Source: Promethearchaeota archaeon (GTDB taxonomy: Archaea > Asgardarchaeota > Lokiarchaeia > Sigyniarchaeales > SOKP01). From it: DNA of 64,000 nucleotides. The stretch covers positions 128,001 to 192,000 of the forward strand of contig JAEOTA010000086.1 of assembly GCA_016840085.1 (NCBI GenBank), read 5' to 3'. The notes below the pieces were generated by a model that was given only the letters and a program-made list of their open reading frames with translations, was not told the DNA's origin and ran no database searches. A program made the translations under genes and the position numbers. How positions within the stretch are numbered: the stretch's first letter is position 1; each line of letters starts with the position of its first letter. Below, in pieces: positions 1 through 10,416 of the stretch.

Positions 1-123
1 AGTTGGTACCTGCATCATACACCACGATGTCCAATATGTAATGAACCGATGATAGAGCTAAGTGGGTATGATGTGGTGTTTGGGGAGTTAATTTGTCCTC
101 GGTGTGGGTATAGGAAAAGGTGA
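1..123 (+). CDS. 3' fragment of a gene ending in a zinc ribbon (cut by window edge)
   Basis: Frame 1 is open from base 1 to TGA at 121-123: SWYLHHTPRCPICNEPMIELSGYDVVFGELICPRCGYRKR, with two CxxC pairs. Confidence 0.7.
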   Translation, partial: SWYLHHTPRCPICNEPMIELSGYDVVFGELICPRCGYRKR

Positions 124-135
124 TCTGATTGTGAC

Positions 136-203
136 TTTCGTATAATGTTACAAAGATACAGAGGGATTTTCGTGTCACGTTAACGGGGTTTCGTGATACG
201 TTA
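136..203. repeat. Three phased 15-bp direct repeats TTTCGT-N4-YGTTA
   Basis: TTTCGTATAATGTTA (136-150), TTTCGTGTCACGTTA (168-182), TTTCGTGATACGTTA (189-203); start-to-start spacing 32 and 21 bp. Confidence 0.7.
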
Positions 204-275
204 TTCTGGATGAATTTTAGATTATTGAAGACCTTTTTAAATTTGAGTGTTAAACTATTGTTATAGTTATTCTTT

Positions 276-699
276 TTTATACCTTAGGACATTTTGTGAG
301 CAGACCTCATGGGGAGAAAGAAAAAATTCGGGGAAGAATCGGGCTTTGTGAGTGTTCGTGTTCCCAAAAGCAAAAGAGGAGAATACAGAAACGCAATTAA
401 AAAATTCGTAGAGGCTAAATTTGCTAGGAATAATCACCATCGAGAACAGAAATCAGAATAGTTAGGTTAGCACGCTTTCTTGTTTATATTTTTTTCTGTA
501 ATAGTTCCTAATTTTTTCCACAGGATTGCCGTAGCATTTATTTATATATTTGTTTTGGTCATTTCACGTATTTTATTATACCTTATTAGTTAGTAATTTT
601 CTATATTGGGGCAGAGGGCTGTCCTCGTTGTGGATATAAAAAGATCAAATAATGATTGGATGCAAACTTCAGTGATAAGAAAAAATGTCCTAGTATAAA
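276..699. repeat. Imperfect inverted repeat pair enclosing the small ORF
   Basis: TTTATACCTTAGGACATTTT (276-295) versus AAAATGTCCTAGTATAAA (682-699): perfect 11-bp core plus 7 bp after a 2-nt indel. Confidence 0.55.
309..461 (+). CDS. Small basic protein (50 aa), probable ribbon-helix-helix DNA-binding protein
   Basis: Not in the ORF track. MGRKKKFGEESGFVSVRVPKSKRGEYRNAIKKFVEAKF...; an alternating VSVRVP strand followed by an amphipathic helix. Confidence 0.6.
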   Translation: MGRKKKFGEESGFVSVRVPKSKRGEYRNAIKKFVEAKFARNNHHREQKSE

Positions 700-841
700 T
701 TTGATAAGTTTGACAAAAAATATAAAAATACTTCCATCTTAACTTACTAAGACATAAAATTGTCGACATTGAAATTTCAATGCCTAAGCCTCAATTACTT
801 TGTAGGCATAGTAATTACAATATTTATTGGCTAAATAAGAG

Positions 842-2410
842 TTGAATAAAAAAATGAGACATAAAGTTAGATTCATAACTATTTTAATATATCTAATCTT
901 TATTTATGGAGTCTTTTCGACAATTAAACTTGATATATCGGAACCTACATATAGTTATGATGGTTGCAGTGAAGTCTTTACTGTTAACACAAGTTCTTCG
1001 AAGTATGCCAATGCTACAGTGATTTCGGATGGATTTAGTGGTGTCTATTGGAATGATGATTATAGTGGGGAGCCTTCAATTGCCATTGATAATGGGGGAA
1101 CTGTCCATGTGGTATGGTGTGATGGAACTGATGGTCCATGGGGAACTGATTACGAGATAATGTATGCGAACTATTCTTCTTCAGGAGGGTGGTCTAATGC
1201 TACAGTGATTTCAGATGGATTTGGGGGAATCTATTGGAATGATGGTTATAGTGATTGGCCTTCAATTGCCATAGATATTATGGGCACTATCCATGTGGTA
1301 TGGTGTGATGGAACTGATGGTTCATGGGGATATGATGAGGAGATAATGTATGTGAACTATTCTTCTTCAGCGGGGTGGTCTAATGTGACAGTAATTTCGG
1401 ATGGATTTGGGGGAATCTATTGGAATGATGGGCCTAGTGAATTTCCTTCAATTGCCATAGATAATGATGGAAACGTTCATGTGGTATGGTATGATGGAAC
1501 TAATGGTTTATGGGGATATGATAGGGAGATAATGTATGTGAACTATTCTTCTTCAGCGGGGTGGTCTAACGTTACTGTGATTTCGGATGGATTTGGGGGA
1601 ATCTATTGGAATGATGGGCCTAGTGAATACCCTCAAATTGCCATAGATAATGATGGAAACGTTCATGTGGTGTGGGATGATTGGACTGAAGGTCCTTGGG
1701 GAACTGATAGCGAGATAATGTATACTTTCATCGATGATATAGCCCCATCTATTATCATAAATACGCCTTCTCCAAATGAATTTATTGGAAATGTAGCCCC
1801 TGACTTCAATATTTCCATTGTTGAACCGAAATTATACACTACATGGTATACTTTAGATGACGGAATAACCACTATTGTATTTAGCGGATTAACGGGAACA
1901 ATCAATCAAACAGAATGGGACAAGAAAGGAAATGGTACGGTGACCATTAGATTCTATGGGAGTGATACCTTAGGTAACGAGGGGTATGATGAAGTAGCTG
2001 TTCGTAAAGATACTATTGCGCCAAATTCATCGATATCATACATAGTCCATAAAGAACCTAATATGGTGAATAAATCGACTACATTTACATTAACCGCCGA
2101 TGATTGGAGTGGAGCTGGTGTGTCTGAGATTAAATATAAAATAGATGATTCGGAGTGGTTTGAGTATAGCACCCCCTTTGACTTAGCTCAATATACACAT
2201 GGTGATATTCTTATCTCGTATCAAGCAATCGATGAAGTAGGTAATATTGAGACAGCAAACACAGAACTGGTGAAATTGGTGCGACCTCCTTCTGAAGGCC
2301 CTCTCGTCATAATCCTTATTGCAATCTTGTCAACCGTAGCGGGAATAGCAGTAGTGACAGTTACAATAGTTCTATTGCGTAAAAAGAAACGAGCAATTCC
2401 AGAGGAATAA
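842..2410 (+). CDS. Membrane-anchored surface protein with four 62-aa repeats, Ig-like domains and a C-terminal TM anchor
   Basis: N-terminal hydrophobic signal; four propeller-blade-like units (PSIAIDxxGxVHVVWxDG); Ig-like repeats (WYTLDDG, KYKIDD, DxxGN); TM helix followed by RKKKR. Confidence 0.85.
   Translation: MNKKMRHKVRFITILIYLIFIYGVFSTIKLDISEPTYSYDGCSEVFTVNTSSSKYANATVISDGFSGVYWNDDYSGEPSIAIDNGGTVHVVWCDGTDGPWGTDYEIMYANYSSSGGWSNATVISDGFGGIYWNDGYSDWPSIAIDIMGTIHVVWCDGTDGSWGYDEEIMYVNYSSSAGWSNVTVISDGFGGIYWNDGPSEFPSIAIDNDGNVHVVWYDGTNGLWGYDREIMYVNYSSSAGWSNVTVISDGFGGIYWNDGPSEYPQIAIDNDGNVHVVWDDWTEGPWGTDSEIMYTFIDDIAPSIIINTPSPNEFIGNVAPDFNISIVEPKLYTTWYTLDDGITTIVFSGLTGTINQTEWDKKGNGTVTIRFYGSDTLGNEGYDEVAVRKDTIAPNSSISYIVHKEPNMVNKSTTFTLTADDWSGAGVSEIKYKIDDSEWFEYSTPFDLAQYTHGDILISYQAIDEVGNIETANTELVKLVRPPSEGPLVIILIAILSTVAGIAVVTVTIVLLRKKKRAIPEE
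1010..1730 (+). repeat. Intragenic tandem repeat, 186-bp unit, about 4 copies
   Basis: Units start at 1010, 1196, 1382 and 1568; near-identical at DNA level. Confidence 0.95.
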
Positions 2411-2676
2411 ATATCTTATAAAATTCCAAGAATTAATTTAAATTAAACTTCATTTTTTTCTTTTTATCATCTCAAGGATTAATTTTCTTTCAGTATAATT
2501 ATTTTCATTCAAGCTATAATTAAGGTTTATAGAGGGAAAATTCGCATTCACCATTCCTTAGTATCACTTAACTTTGTAAGCACCCTAAATAATCTTTAAA
2601 TATGAACAATGTACTTTATTAAGACTTATAACCTTACTTTTAATATCAAACTCAATTATTAAGAGATTAAATAGAA

Positions 2677-4203
2677 ATGTTTGTTGCTGCATTAGATTTA
2701 GGAACTACAGGTTGTAGGACGTATATTTTTGATTTGACTGGCGCAATAATCGCCAGTGATTACCAAGAATGGCAAAGCTTTTATCCTTCACCATCATTTG
2801 TCGAGCAGGATGCTGATGTATGGTGGGAATCTATTAAAAAAACAATAGAAATAGCAATTAAAAAGAGTGGAATTGATAAGACGGAGATTGTAAGTCTTTC
2901 TGTCACCAATCAACGAGAAACAATAGTACCTGTAGATAAAGAAGGAAATCCTCTTCATAATGCTTTAGTCTGGCAAGATAGAAGAACTATAGATCAAGTA
3001 GAATATATAAAGAACAAGATTGGAATTGATAAAATTTATAAAACCACAGGATTAACTATTGATCCTTATTTCTCAGCAACAAAAATCTTATGGTTTAAAG
3101 ATAAAAAACCAGAGATCTATCAAAAAGCTCATAAATTTCTACTTGTTTCTGACTTTATAATCTATAAATTAACAGGGAAATTTTGTACAGATTATTCAAA
3201 TGCTTCACGCACAATGTTATTTGATATTAAGAAGTTAAGGTATTCGGATGAAATTGCTGCTGATTTAGAAATTGATTTAGATAAAATGCCAGAAACTATT
3301 GAGAGCGGAGTCGAAATTGGAGAGATTTTAACTGATGATACTTTATTTGACAAAAAAACTTTGGTTGTTTCAGGTGCGGGAGATCAACAAGCTGCAGCTT
3401 TAGGTGTAGGTGTAGTTTCTCCTGGAGAGATAAAATGCACAACAGGAACCGGAAGTTTCATTCTTGCCTACTTAGCTGAGCCAAATTTTGATCCTGGCAA
3501 ACGAGTATTATGTAGTTGCCACGCAGTACCAGGAACTTGGGTTCAAGAAGCAAGTATTTTTACAACTGGAGCAGTATTAAGGTGGTTTCGAGATCAAGTG
3601 GGAAATGCTGAATGTTCTATAGCAGAAACAAAAGGTCAAGATCCTTATGATATAATTACCACTGAAGCAGAGAAATCACCTATTGGAGCAAATGGATTAC
3701 TTCTTATTCCCCATTTCGTTGGTTCTGGCGCACCTCATTGGAATCCACTTGCAAAGGGAATAATTTTTGGATTAGCATTGGGACATGAACGCAAGGATCT
3801 TTATAGAGCTGTGCTTGAGGGAGTAGCCTTCGAAATACGAAAAAATATTGAAGTGTTTAAAGAATTGGGAATTGAACCAAAAGAATTAATGCTAACTGGT
3901 GGAGGATCTCGTTCTGATTTTTGGAATCAGATTTATGCTGACGTGTTAGGAATTACATGTGTTAGGAATATTATTGAAGAATCAGCGTCATTAGGAGCTG
4001 CGATATTAGCTGCTTCAGGAGCTGGAATTTTTTCGGACATTACAAAAGCAGCTGAGAATTTATGTAAAGTAGATAAAAAATGGCTTCCTAATAATGATCG
4101 ACATATACTTTATGAAAAACTATATAATTTTTCGTATGAAATGTATGAATATATTAAAAGTAAAAATTTGTATCAAAAATTCAATGATATAATTTTAAAA
4201 TAA
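2677..4203 (+). CDS. FGGY-family carbohydrate kinase (xylulokinase/glycerol kinase-like)
   Basis: DLGTTG, TNQRET, WQDRR, TDYSNASRT, GDQQAA, TGGGSRS motifs. Confidence 0.93.
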   Translation: MFVAALDLGTTGCRTYIFDLTGAIIASDYQEWQSFYPSPSFVEQDADVWWESIKKTIEIAIKKSGIDKTEIVSLSVTNQRETIVPVDKEGNPLHNALVWQDRRTIDQVEYIKNKIGIDKIYKTTGLTIDPYFSATKILWFKDKKPEIYQKAHKFLLVSDFIIYKLTGKFCTDYSNASRTMLFDIKKLRYSDEIAADLEIDLDKMPETIESGVEIGEILTDDTLFDKKTLVVSGAGDQQAAALGVGVVSPGEIKCTTGTGSFILAYLAEPNFDPGKRVLCSCHAVPGTWVQEASIFTTGAVLRWFRDQVGNAECSIAETKGQDPYDIITTEAEKSPIGANGLLLIPHFVGSGAPHWNPLAKGIIFGLALGHERKDLYRAVLEGVAFEIRKNIEVFKELGIEPKELMLTGGGSRSDFWNQIYADVLGITCVRNIIEESASLGAAILAASGAGIFSDITKAAENLCKVDKKWLPNNDRHILYEKLYNFSYEMYEYIKSKNLYQKFNDIILK

Positions 4204-4353
4204 AGATTGTAAATGAGGATAAGACATTCCTCAAAATAATCAATTTTATATATTTTAAATGTTATGTTTTCTATAATTAAAACTTCTTGGTACTATTTGG
4301 AGTAAAAGTGCTTTTGTAATACGGAAAGCAATAGAGAAGAAATTGAAAATAGT

Positions 4354-4971
4354 GTGAAAAAAATGGAAGATGATTCTGCAACTAGAGTTAAAGAGTTTAG
4401 TAAAAATCAAAAAATAATTTCTGCGATATTTTACGTATTTATAGTTATTGCTAGTTTAATTACAATAGGAGGCGTAGTCTGGACGCTAGCAGATATTTTC
4501 ATTAGTCCAACAGAAAAACTTGATTTATTTATACAATTGAATCTAGGATGGCAAATTGCAATAGTTGGTGGGTTTTTAGCAGGTTTATTTTTTTTATTAG
4601 TAGTCTTTTTTGGTTTATTCAAAAAAACATCTCGTTCTTTAATAAAATTTATTTATCGAAAGAGAGAACTTGAAGAAAAATATAAAAATCGTACTGATGT
4701 GAAAATTGCAGCTGGGGGATTATTAATCAGTTTAATTGTTATAATTGGTGGGGTTATATTTGCAATTTTCTATAATATTTTTACTAGTCCTTCAGGAGAT
4801 ACAACTAACCTAAGCAATCTTTTAGGAAGCACAGGTCCTTTGGTATTATTTATTGGACTTGCACTCTTTTTGATTGTTGGTATCGCTCTTTTTATGATTT
4901 ACTTTTGGAAAAATGGATATTATTTATTGTTAAAAATATTTGGTATCTTGGAAAAAGAAGAAAAAAATTAA
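4354..4971 (+). CDS. Hypothetical 4-TM membrane protein with apparent internal duplication
   Basis: Two similar TM-hairpin halves separated by a basic loop; start may be the ATG at 4363. Confidence 0.75.
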   Translation: MKKMEDDSATRVKEFSKNQKIISAIFYVFIVIASLITIGGVVWTLADIFISPTEKLDLFIQLNLGWQIAIVGGFLAGLFFLLVVFFGLFKKTSRSLIKFIYRKRELEEKYKNRTDVKIAAGGLLISLIVIIGGVIFAIFYNIFTSPSGDTTNLSNLLGSTGPLVLFIGLALFLIVGIALFMIYFWKNGYYLLLKIFGILEKEEKN

Positions 4972-5093
4972 TATCCTCAATTTTTTTTGATTAAATCAGA
5001 AATTTTATGCTCTTATATTTTTTTTATGCCTAATTATTCTCTACTTAATTCAAACCGTTATTTTAATCGATTTAATAATTTCTATTTGAAAAT

Positions 5094-6611
5094 ATGGCAA
5101 TAAAGATCGGAACTGTATTCAATTACTTACAATTACCTGATGTATCAAATTTCCCTTTTGTTATTAAGAGAAGAAAAGACGGAATATTCGTGCAAAAAGG
5201 TTTGTTTGTTTATACGGAATCTATTGAGGGATATTTAATTGGAATTATTGAAAAAATAATACTACTAAATGAATATTTTACTGACGCATTGACGATTAAA
5301 GCTTATAATAACAATAATCCAAACATTTTAAAGGGACTTTTTCCAAGTGATGACTTTGAATTTGCAATAGCTATTGTAAAATGTTTGGGTGTGATAAGAT
5401 TCAACGATAAAAATAAGAAAAAAATTGATAGAATCCAAAGAATGACCTATCCAGCTAGTCCTGGAAGAGAGGTATACGTGGTAGATGAAGATGTTCTATA
5501 TAAATTTTTAGGATTTGATACTGAATTTGGGTTGAATGTAGGCGCCGTTAAGGTGACTAACGTGGAAGCGAAAATTAACATGAATCGATTGCTGAATAAA
5601 CATTTTGCGATTCTTTCAATTTCAGGAGGTGGAAAAAGTTATCTCACTTCAATTCTTATCGAGGAATTACTTACAAGAAGAGAGGAGTGTGGAACACCTG
5701 CTATTATATTATTTGATGTTCATGGAGAATACTCTTATTTGCAAAATATACCAGAGTTAAAAAATAAAGTTAAAATATTTGATATCTCGTATTTTCAGAT
5801 AGCTGTTCCGAAAATTTCTCTTTATTCTTTTAAAAAGTATCAAGATCAAATCTCAAATGTTCAAGTAAGAGAATTATCAAAGTATATTAAAAGATTAAAA
5901 AAGGAGAAAAAGAACCTTTATACTTTAAATGATGTTATTGAGTCAATTGAAAATGAATCTGATGGAAATAGAAATACAAAACAAGCATTAATTGGATGGT
6001 TGTCTGAACTAGAGCGTTTAACATTATTTGGTCCTCAAGAAAATCCTGTATTAGATAAGATGATAACTAAACAAGAGATAACTATTTTTAATCTTCAAAA
6101 AGAAATAAGCATTAGAAAAAAACAAATAATTTTAGATTATATAAGTAATCGTTTATTTAATCTTAGGAGATTAAATAAAATTCCACCATTTTTATTAATT
6201 ATTGAAGAAGCTCACCAATTTTCTCCTGAAGCAGCTCATTCTAAAGCTATTTCTAAGCCAATTATTGAAATGCTTGCAAGAGAAGGAAGAAAATTCATGG
6301 CATGTTTATGCTTGATTAGTCAAAGGCCAAAGAGATTAAGCACAACAGCTCTTTCCCAGTGTAATTCTAAAATGATTTTAAACATAAAAAATCCGTATGA
6401 TTTAAAACACCTTATGGATAGTTCTGAAGCTATCACGAAGGAATATGCAAATATGATATCTAGTTTGGGTGTTGGAGAAATGTTATTAATGGGAACAGTA
6501 GTAAATTATCCTGTATTTATAGATATAAGAGAAAGGAAATTTCAATCGAATATTGAAGAACTTTCTTTAGCACAAGTATGTATTGATTGGCAGAAAAAGC
6601 TATTAAGTTAA
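5094..6611 (+). CDS. herA: HerA-family ATPase (DUF87 / HAS-barrel)
   Basis: KHFAIL-SISGGGKS Walker A, FDVHGEY, IIEEAH Walker B, AREGRKF, SQRP. Confidence 0.9.
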   Translation: MAIKIGTVFNYLQLPDVSNFPFVIKRRKDGIFVQKGLFVYTESIEGYLIGIIEKIILLNEYFTDALTIKAYNNNNPNILKGLFPSDDFEFAIAIVKCLGVIRFNDKNKKKIDRIQRMTYPASPGREVYVVDEDVLYKFLGFDTEFGLNVGAVKVTNVEAKINMNRLLNKHFAILSISGGGKSYLTSILIEELLTRREECGTPAIILFDVHGEYSYLQNIPELKNKVKIFDISYFQIAVPKISLYSFKKYQDQISNVQVRELSKYIKRLKKEKKNLYTLNDVIESIENESDGNRNTKQALIGWLSELERLTLFGPQENPVLDKMITKQEITIFNLQKEISIRKKQIILDYISNRLFNLRRLNKIPPFLLIIEEAHQFSPEAAHSKAISKPIIEMLAREGRKFMACLCLISQRPKRLSTTALSQCNSKMILNIKNPYDLKHLMDSSEAITKEYANMISSLGVGEMLLMGTVVNYPVFIDIRERKFQSNIEELSLAQVCIDWQKKLLS

Positions 6612-6875
6612 ATCAGTAATTACACCATTTCTAATGGATTGGGTATTTTTTTTAAAAACTATCATTTTCTTATTTTTTGAGACTCGAAAAACGTTAATAA
6701 TATTCATACTTTCTAATTTCATAAATATTTCTTCTAAAATCAAGGAGTTAACGAAAGGAAATTCCTTTTTTAAAAGTTCTTCAAGCCTTTTATCCAAAAT
6801 TTCTCCCTTATTTTTAATAAGTATATCGATAATTGAATTAATTACAGGTTTTTTATTCCAACGATGAGATTCTAT
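6603..6875 (-). CDS. Small winged-helix-like protein downstream of cdc48, probable ATA start
   Basis: The frame is open upstream of the track's TTG (6797) to a TGA at 6882-6884; GGTGA Shine-Dalgarno lies 6 nt before an ATA at 6875; helix-helix-strand pattern (LEEIFMKLESMNIINV). Confidence 0.65.
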   Translation of the reverse strand: MESHRWNKKPVINSIIDILIKNKGEILDKRLEELLKKEFPFVNSLILEEIFMKLESMNIINVFRVSKNKKMIVFKKNTQSIRNGVITDLT

Positions 6876-6961
6876 ATTATATCACCAAATATAACAATTG
6901 AGGATTAGAGATTTATTAACTAAAATAAATAATTTTTAATTTCTAAATAATCTTTTGGATT

Positions 6962-9205
6962 TCATACAAACAACCTATCTTCCTTTGATTCTTCTATTCT
7001 CCGACTTTTAAGTCTTTCACCAAATTTTTCATACCAATTAATTACTTCTGTAGTTAAAGTAGGATAAACAAGTTTTCTGGCTTCTTCAAAGTGAACCCGT
7101 GATACTTTTCTAGCTCTAATGTTCTCTCGTAATGCAATCATAGCGGCTTCACGACATAATGTTTCAATATCTGCTCCAGAAAAACCATCTATTAACTCCT
7201 TCAAAGATTCAAGTTCTATATTATTAGCTAAAGGCATATCTTTTGTAAATATTTTTAATATCTCCAATCTACCTTGTTCATCGGGAGATGTCACTAATAA
7301 TATTCTATCAATCCTCCCAGGTCTTATTAAAGCGGGATCTAAAATATCGGGACGATTTGTTGCAGCAATTACTACAATATCCTTATTTATTTCTAATCCA
7401 TCCAACTCCGTTAAAAACTGAGAAAGTACTTTTTCAGACACTCCAGAATCTGTCGTATGGCGACCTCTACTTGGAGCTATTGAATCAAATTCATCAAAAA
7501 AGATGATACAAGGAGCTGCCATTTTGGCTTTACGAAATACTTCTCTTATTGCCTTTTCACTCTCTCCAACCCACTTTGATAGAAGCTCTGGCCCTTTAAT
7601 TGAAATAAAGTTAGCTTTACTTTCAGTTGCTACTGCTCTTGCTAATAAAGTCTTACCGCATCCGGGAGGACCATAAAGTAAAATTCCTCTTGGAGGTCTT
7701 ATTCCCATACGTTTAAATATTGTTGGATGAGACAGCGGCCATTCTACTGCTTCGATCAATTTCTGTTTTAACTCATCTAATCCCCCTACTTGATCCCATT
7801 TCACATTTGGTACTTCTACAAACACTTCTCTTATTCCAGAAGGTAATACTTCTTTTAAAGCCTCACTAAAGTCGTTTCTATTCACTTCAATTTGTTCAAG
7901 TAATTCTGGATCAATTATTTCTGACTCCAAATCTATTTTAGGTAAATATCTTCGTAATGCAGACATTGCAGCTTCTCGGCATACAGCAGAAATATCAGCC
8001 CCTACAAATCCATGAGTTATTTGTGCATATTCCTTTAAGGATATCTTTTTATCAAGGGGCATATTTCGAGTATGTATTTGAAGAACTTCTAACCTACCTT
8101 TCTCATTCGGAACTTTTATCTCGATTTCACGGTCAAACCTTCCCGGTCTTCTTAAAGCGGGATCTAAACTGTTTGGTCGATTAGTAGCACCAATAACAAT
8201 AACTTTTCCTCTGCCATGTAATCCATCCATTAATGCTAGTAATTGAGCAACAACTCTACGTTCCACTTCTCCGGTAACAGTTTCTCTCTTTGGAGCAATT
8301 GCATCTATTTCATCTATAAAAATGATTGATGGACTTTTTTCATCGGCTTCCACAAAAAGCTTACGTAATTTTTTCTCGGATTCTCCATAAAATTTACTCA
8401 TAACTTCTGGTCCGTTAATCGAAATAAAATGTGCTTCACTCTCATTCGCAACAGCTTTGGCTAATAATGTTTTTCCGCAACCTGGAGGGCCTCTTAGTAA
8501 AACACCTTTTGGAGGATCAATTCCTAAACGTTTAAATAAAGAAGGATGACGTAAAGGTAATTCAACCATCTCTCTCACTCTTTGAATTTCTCTATCTAAC
8601 CCTCCAACATCTTCATAAGTTATATAATCCGCTCCTGTTTCGATATCTTCAGTAACTTTATCACTAATGTTAAGAACAGTCTCTTGTTTTATCATGCAAA
8701 CTCCGTTTGGTCTCATATTAATAACTTTAAAAGTAATTTCTCTACTGATGCCTATAGAAATAAAAATATAATCGTCAATTGTAATTGGGTAATTATTTAG
8801 TTTTCTTTTAACAAAACTTTCAAACCGTGGATTATTTCGTATTTTAACACTTGAAGGTGCTAAAACAACATTCTGAGCAACTTCTGCTTTAACTTTACGA
8901 ATTTCAAGAGTATCATCAATCCGAGTTCCAGTATTTTTTTGCAATCTGGAATCTACACGTACTATCCCTAGACCATTATCTTGAGGATAACTTGGCCAGG
9001 CAATTCCGGCACTTTGTTTCTTACCAATAACTTCAATAACGTCACCAGTTTCAATATTTAACTTTTCCATTGTATTTGGATCTATCCGAATGATATTACG
9101 CCCAATATCCCTTTTCTTAGCTTTTTGAACACGTAAAGTTACATTAGATATATTATTTTCGCGTTTATCATCAGTTTCTTTATCTTTATTGTCTTTCAAT
9201 GACAT
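6962..9205 (-). CDS. cdc48: CDC48/VCP AAA+ ATPase
   Basis: N domain plus two AAA modules (GPPGCGKT twice, IDEID/FDEFD, RPGR). Confidence 0.97.
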   Translation of the reverse strand: MSLKDNKDKETDDKRENNISNVTLRVQKAKKRDIGRNIIRIDPNTMEKLNIETGDVIEVIGKKQSAGIAWPSYPQDNGLGIVRVDSRLQKNTGTRIDDTLEIRKVKAEVAQNVVLAPSSVKIRNNPRFESFVKRKLNNYPITIDDYIFISIGISREITFKVINMRPNGVCMIKQETVLNISDKVTEDIETGADYITYEDVGGLDREIQRVREMVELPLRHPSLFKRLGIDPPKGVLLRGPPGCGKTLLAKAVANESEAHFISINGPEVMSKFYGESEKKLRKLFVEADEKSPSIIFIDEIDAIAPKRETVTGEVERRVVAQLLALMDGLHGRGKVIVIGATNRPNSLDPALRRPGRFDREIEIKVPNEKGRLEVLQIHTRNMPLDKKISLKEYAQITHGFVGADISAVCREAAMSALRRYLPKIDLESEIIDPELLEQIEVNRNDFSEALKEVLPSGIREVFVEVPNVKWDQVGGLDELKQKLIEAVEWPLSHPTIFKRMGIRPPRGILLYGPPGCGKTLLARAVATESKANFISIKGPELLSKWVGESEKAIREVFRKAKMAAPCIIFFDEFDSIAPSRGRHTTDSGVSEKVLSQFLTELDGLEINKDIVVIAATNRPDILDPALIRPGRIDRILLVTSPDEQGRLEILKIFTKDMPLANNIELESLKELIDGFSGADIETLCREAAMIALRENIRARKVSRVHFEEARKLVYPTLTTEVINWYEKFGERLKSRRIEESKEDRLFV

Positions 9206-9294
9206 AATAATTCGATGATTTGCAACTATTCTTTCTTTAATATTTAAAAAAATTAACTTTGTAAAAATTTTTGCTTTTTTTCTTTAATACAAGT

Positions 9295-10350
9295 TTAATT
9301 TTTTTTGAAAAAATTATCCAACGAAACTTGAACTTTTCCATCTTTTAATTTCCTCAATCTTTCTAAAGCGTTTTCTACCCTTTGTTTTGAGAAATTGTGC
9401 TGCTCTATTAATAGTTCTTCTATTTTTTCCAAGTCAATTTTCTTGGATTTTGTTAGATGATAATCCTTATTAATATTAGGATTTAGAAAGATATTTTTAA
9501 TATTATTAGCTATCTCTAAATCCAGTGAAATCTCCTTACCTCCAACCTTAACCTTATTCTTTATAATATTTTCTATTGAGTCGTATTTCTTGATTAGATT
9601 TAAAGCTATTTTTTGACCAATGCCCTTGACGCCAGAGAAGAAATCTGTACCTATTAAAACACCCATCTCTATCAATTGTTCTCGGGTGATATCAAGATTT
9701 TTCAGAAATTTAGCTAATGAGACATATTCAATATCTAAAGTAACAGTAGTATCTTTTACTTTTTTACTCCTGCTAATGGCAAAATTTCGGATTAAACGCT
9801 TACCACCAAATAATAAGGTGTCATAATCTTGAGAAGCACATGCCCATGCATCCCCTCGATCAACCATGTAGGCTGCCTGAGCTTCTCCTTCAGTACTTGC
9901 TTGAACTATTGGAATTCCCATATATTTTATCAATTTCTTACTTTCTTCAATCATTCCAGCATCTAATTTTGAAGTTAACTGAGCATATTTTTTAGCTTGT
10001 TTAAAATCTTCAGCATCCTGAGCTTCAACCATTTTTTTAGTAGCATCATCTTTAATTTTTTTCCTTTCTCTTATTGTCTCTAATTTTAATTCTAAAGGTT
10101 CACCATCAAATACATAAATAGGTTTAATATCATGCTCTAAGAAGTTTATATTCCTATAGAACAATCCAGATAGATGAGAAGTTATATTTCCTTGATAATC
10201 TTTTAATGGAGTACCATCTCTTTGGCGAATTATTGCTAAAAATTGATAAATCGTATTAAATGCATCAATAGCTATGTTTTTTTTAAAAAGGTTTTCAAAA
10301 GTTATAGTTCTTTTAACTTCCTTTACTAATTCATTTATTTTTACGCCCAT
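9295..10350 (-). CDS. fen: Flap endonuclease 1
   Basis: IDAFNTIYQFL, EGEAQAA, SQDYD, GTDF; C-terminal PIP box QVSLDNFF. Confidence 0.97.
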   Translation of the reverse strand: MGVKINELVKEVKRTITFENLFKKNIAIDAFNTIYQFLAIIRQRDGTPLKDYQGNITSHLSGLFYRNINFLEHDIKPIYVFDGEPLELKLETIRERKKIKDDATKKMVEAQDAEDFKQAKKYAQLTSKLDAGMIEESKKLIKYMGIPIVQASTEGEAQAAYMVDRGDAWACASQDYDTLLFGGKRLIRNFAISRSKKVKDTTVTLDIEYVSLAKFLKNLDITREQLIEMGVLIGTDFFSGVKGIGQKIALNLIKKYDSIENIIKNKVKVGGKEISLDLEIANNIKNIFLNPNINKDYHLTKSKKIDLEKIEELLIEQHNFSKQRVENALERLRKLKDGKVQVSLDNFFKKN

Positions 10351-10416
10351 TTTCTCTTATATATCATTTTTTTGCCGTATCCACTAATATATATGATACA
10401 ACTTATATAATTTCCA

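Noticed and set aside
1010-1730. CRISPR array or DGR template/variable repeats
   Set aside because: The repeats are in-frame 186-bp coding units with no spacers; there are no cas or reverse-transcriptase genes in the window.
7119-8184. Short ORFs antisense to cdc48, and similar ones opposite srp54, nadC, purB, tldDE and hdrA
   Set aside because: Shadow frames of well-supported genes with no motifs.
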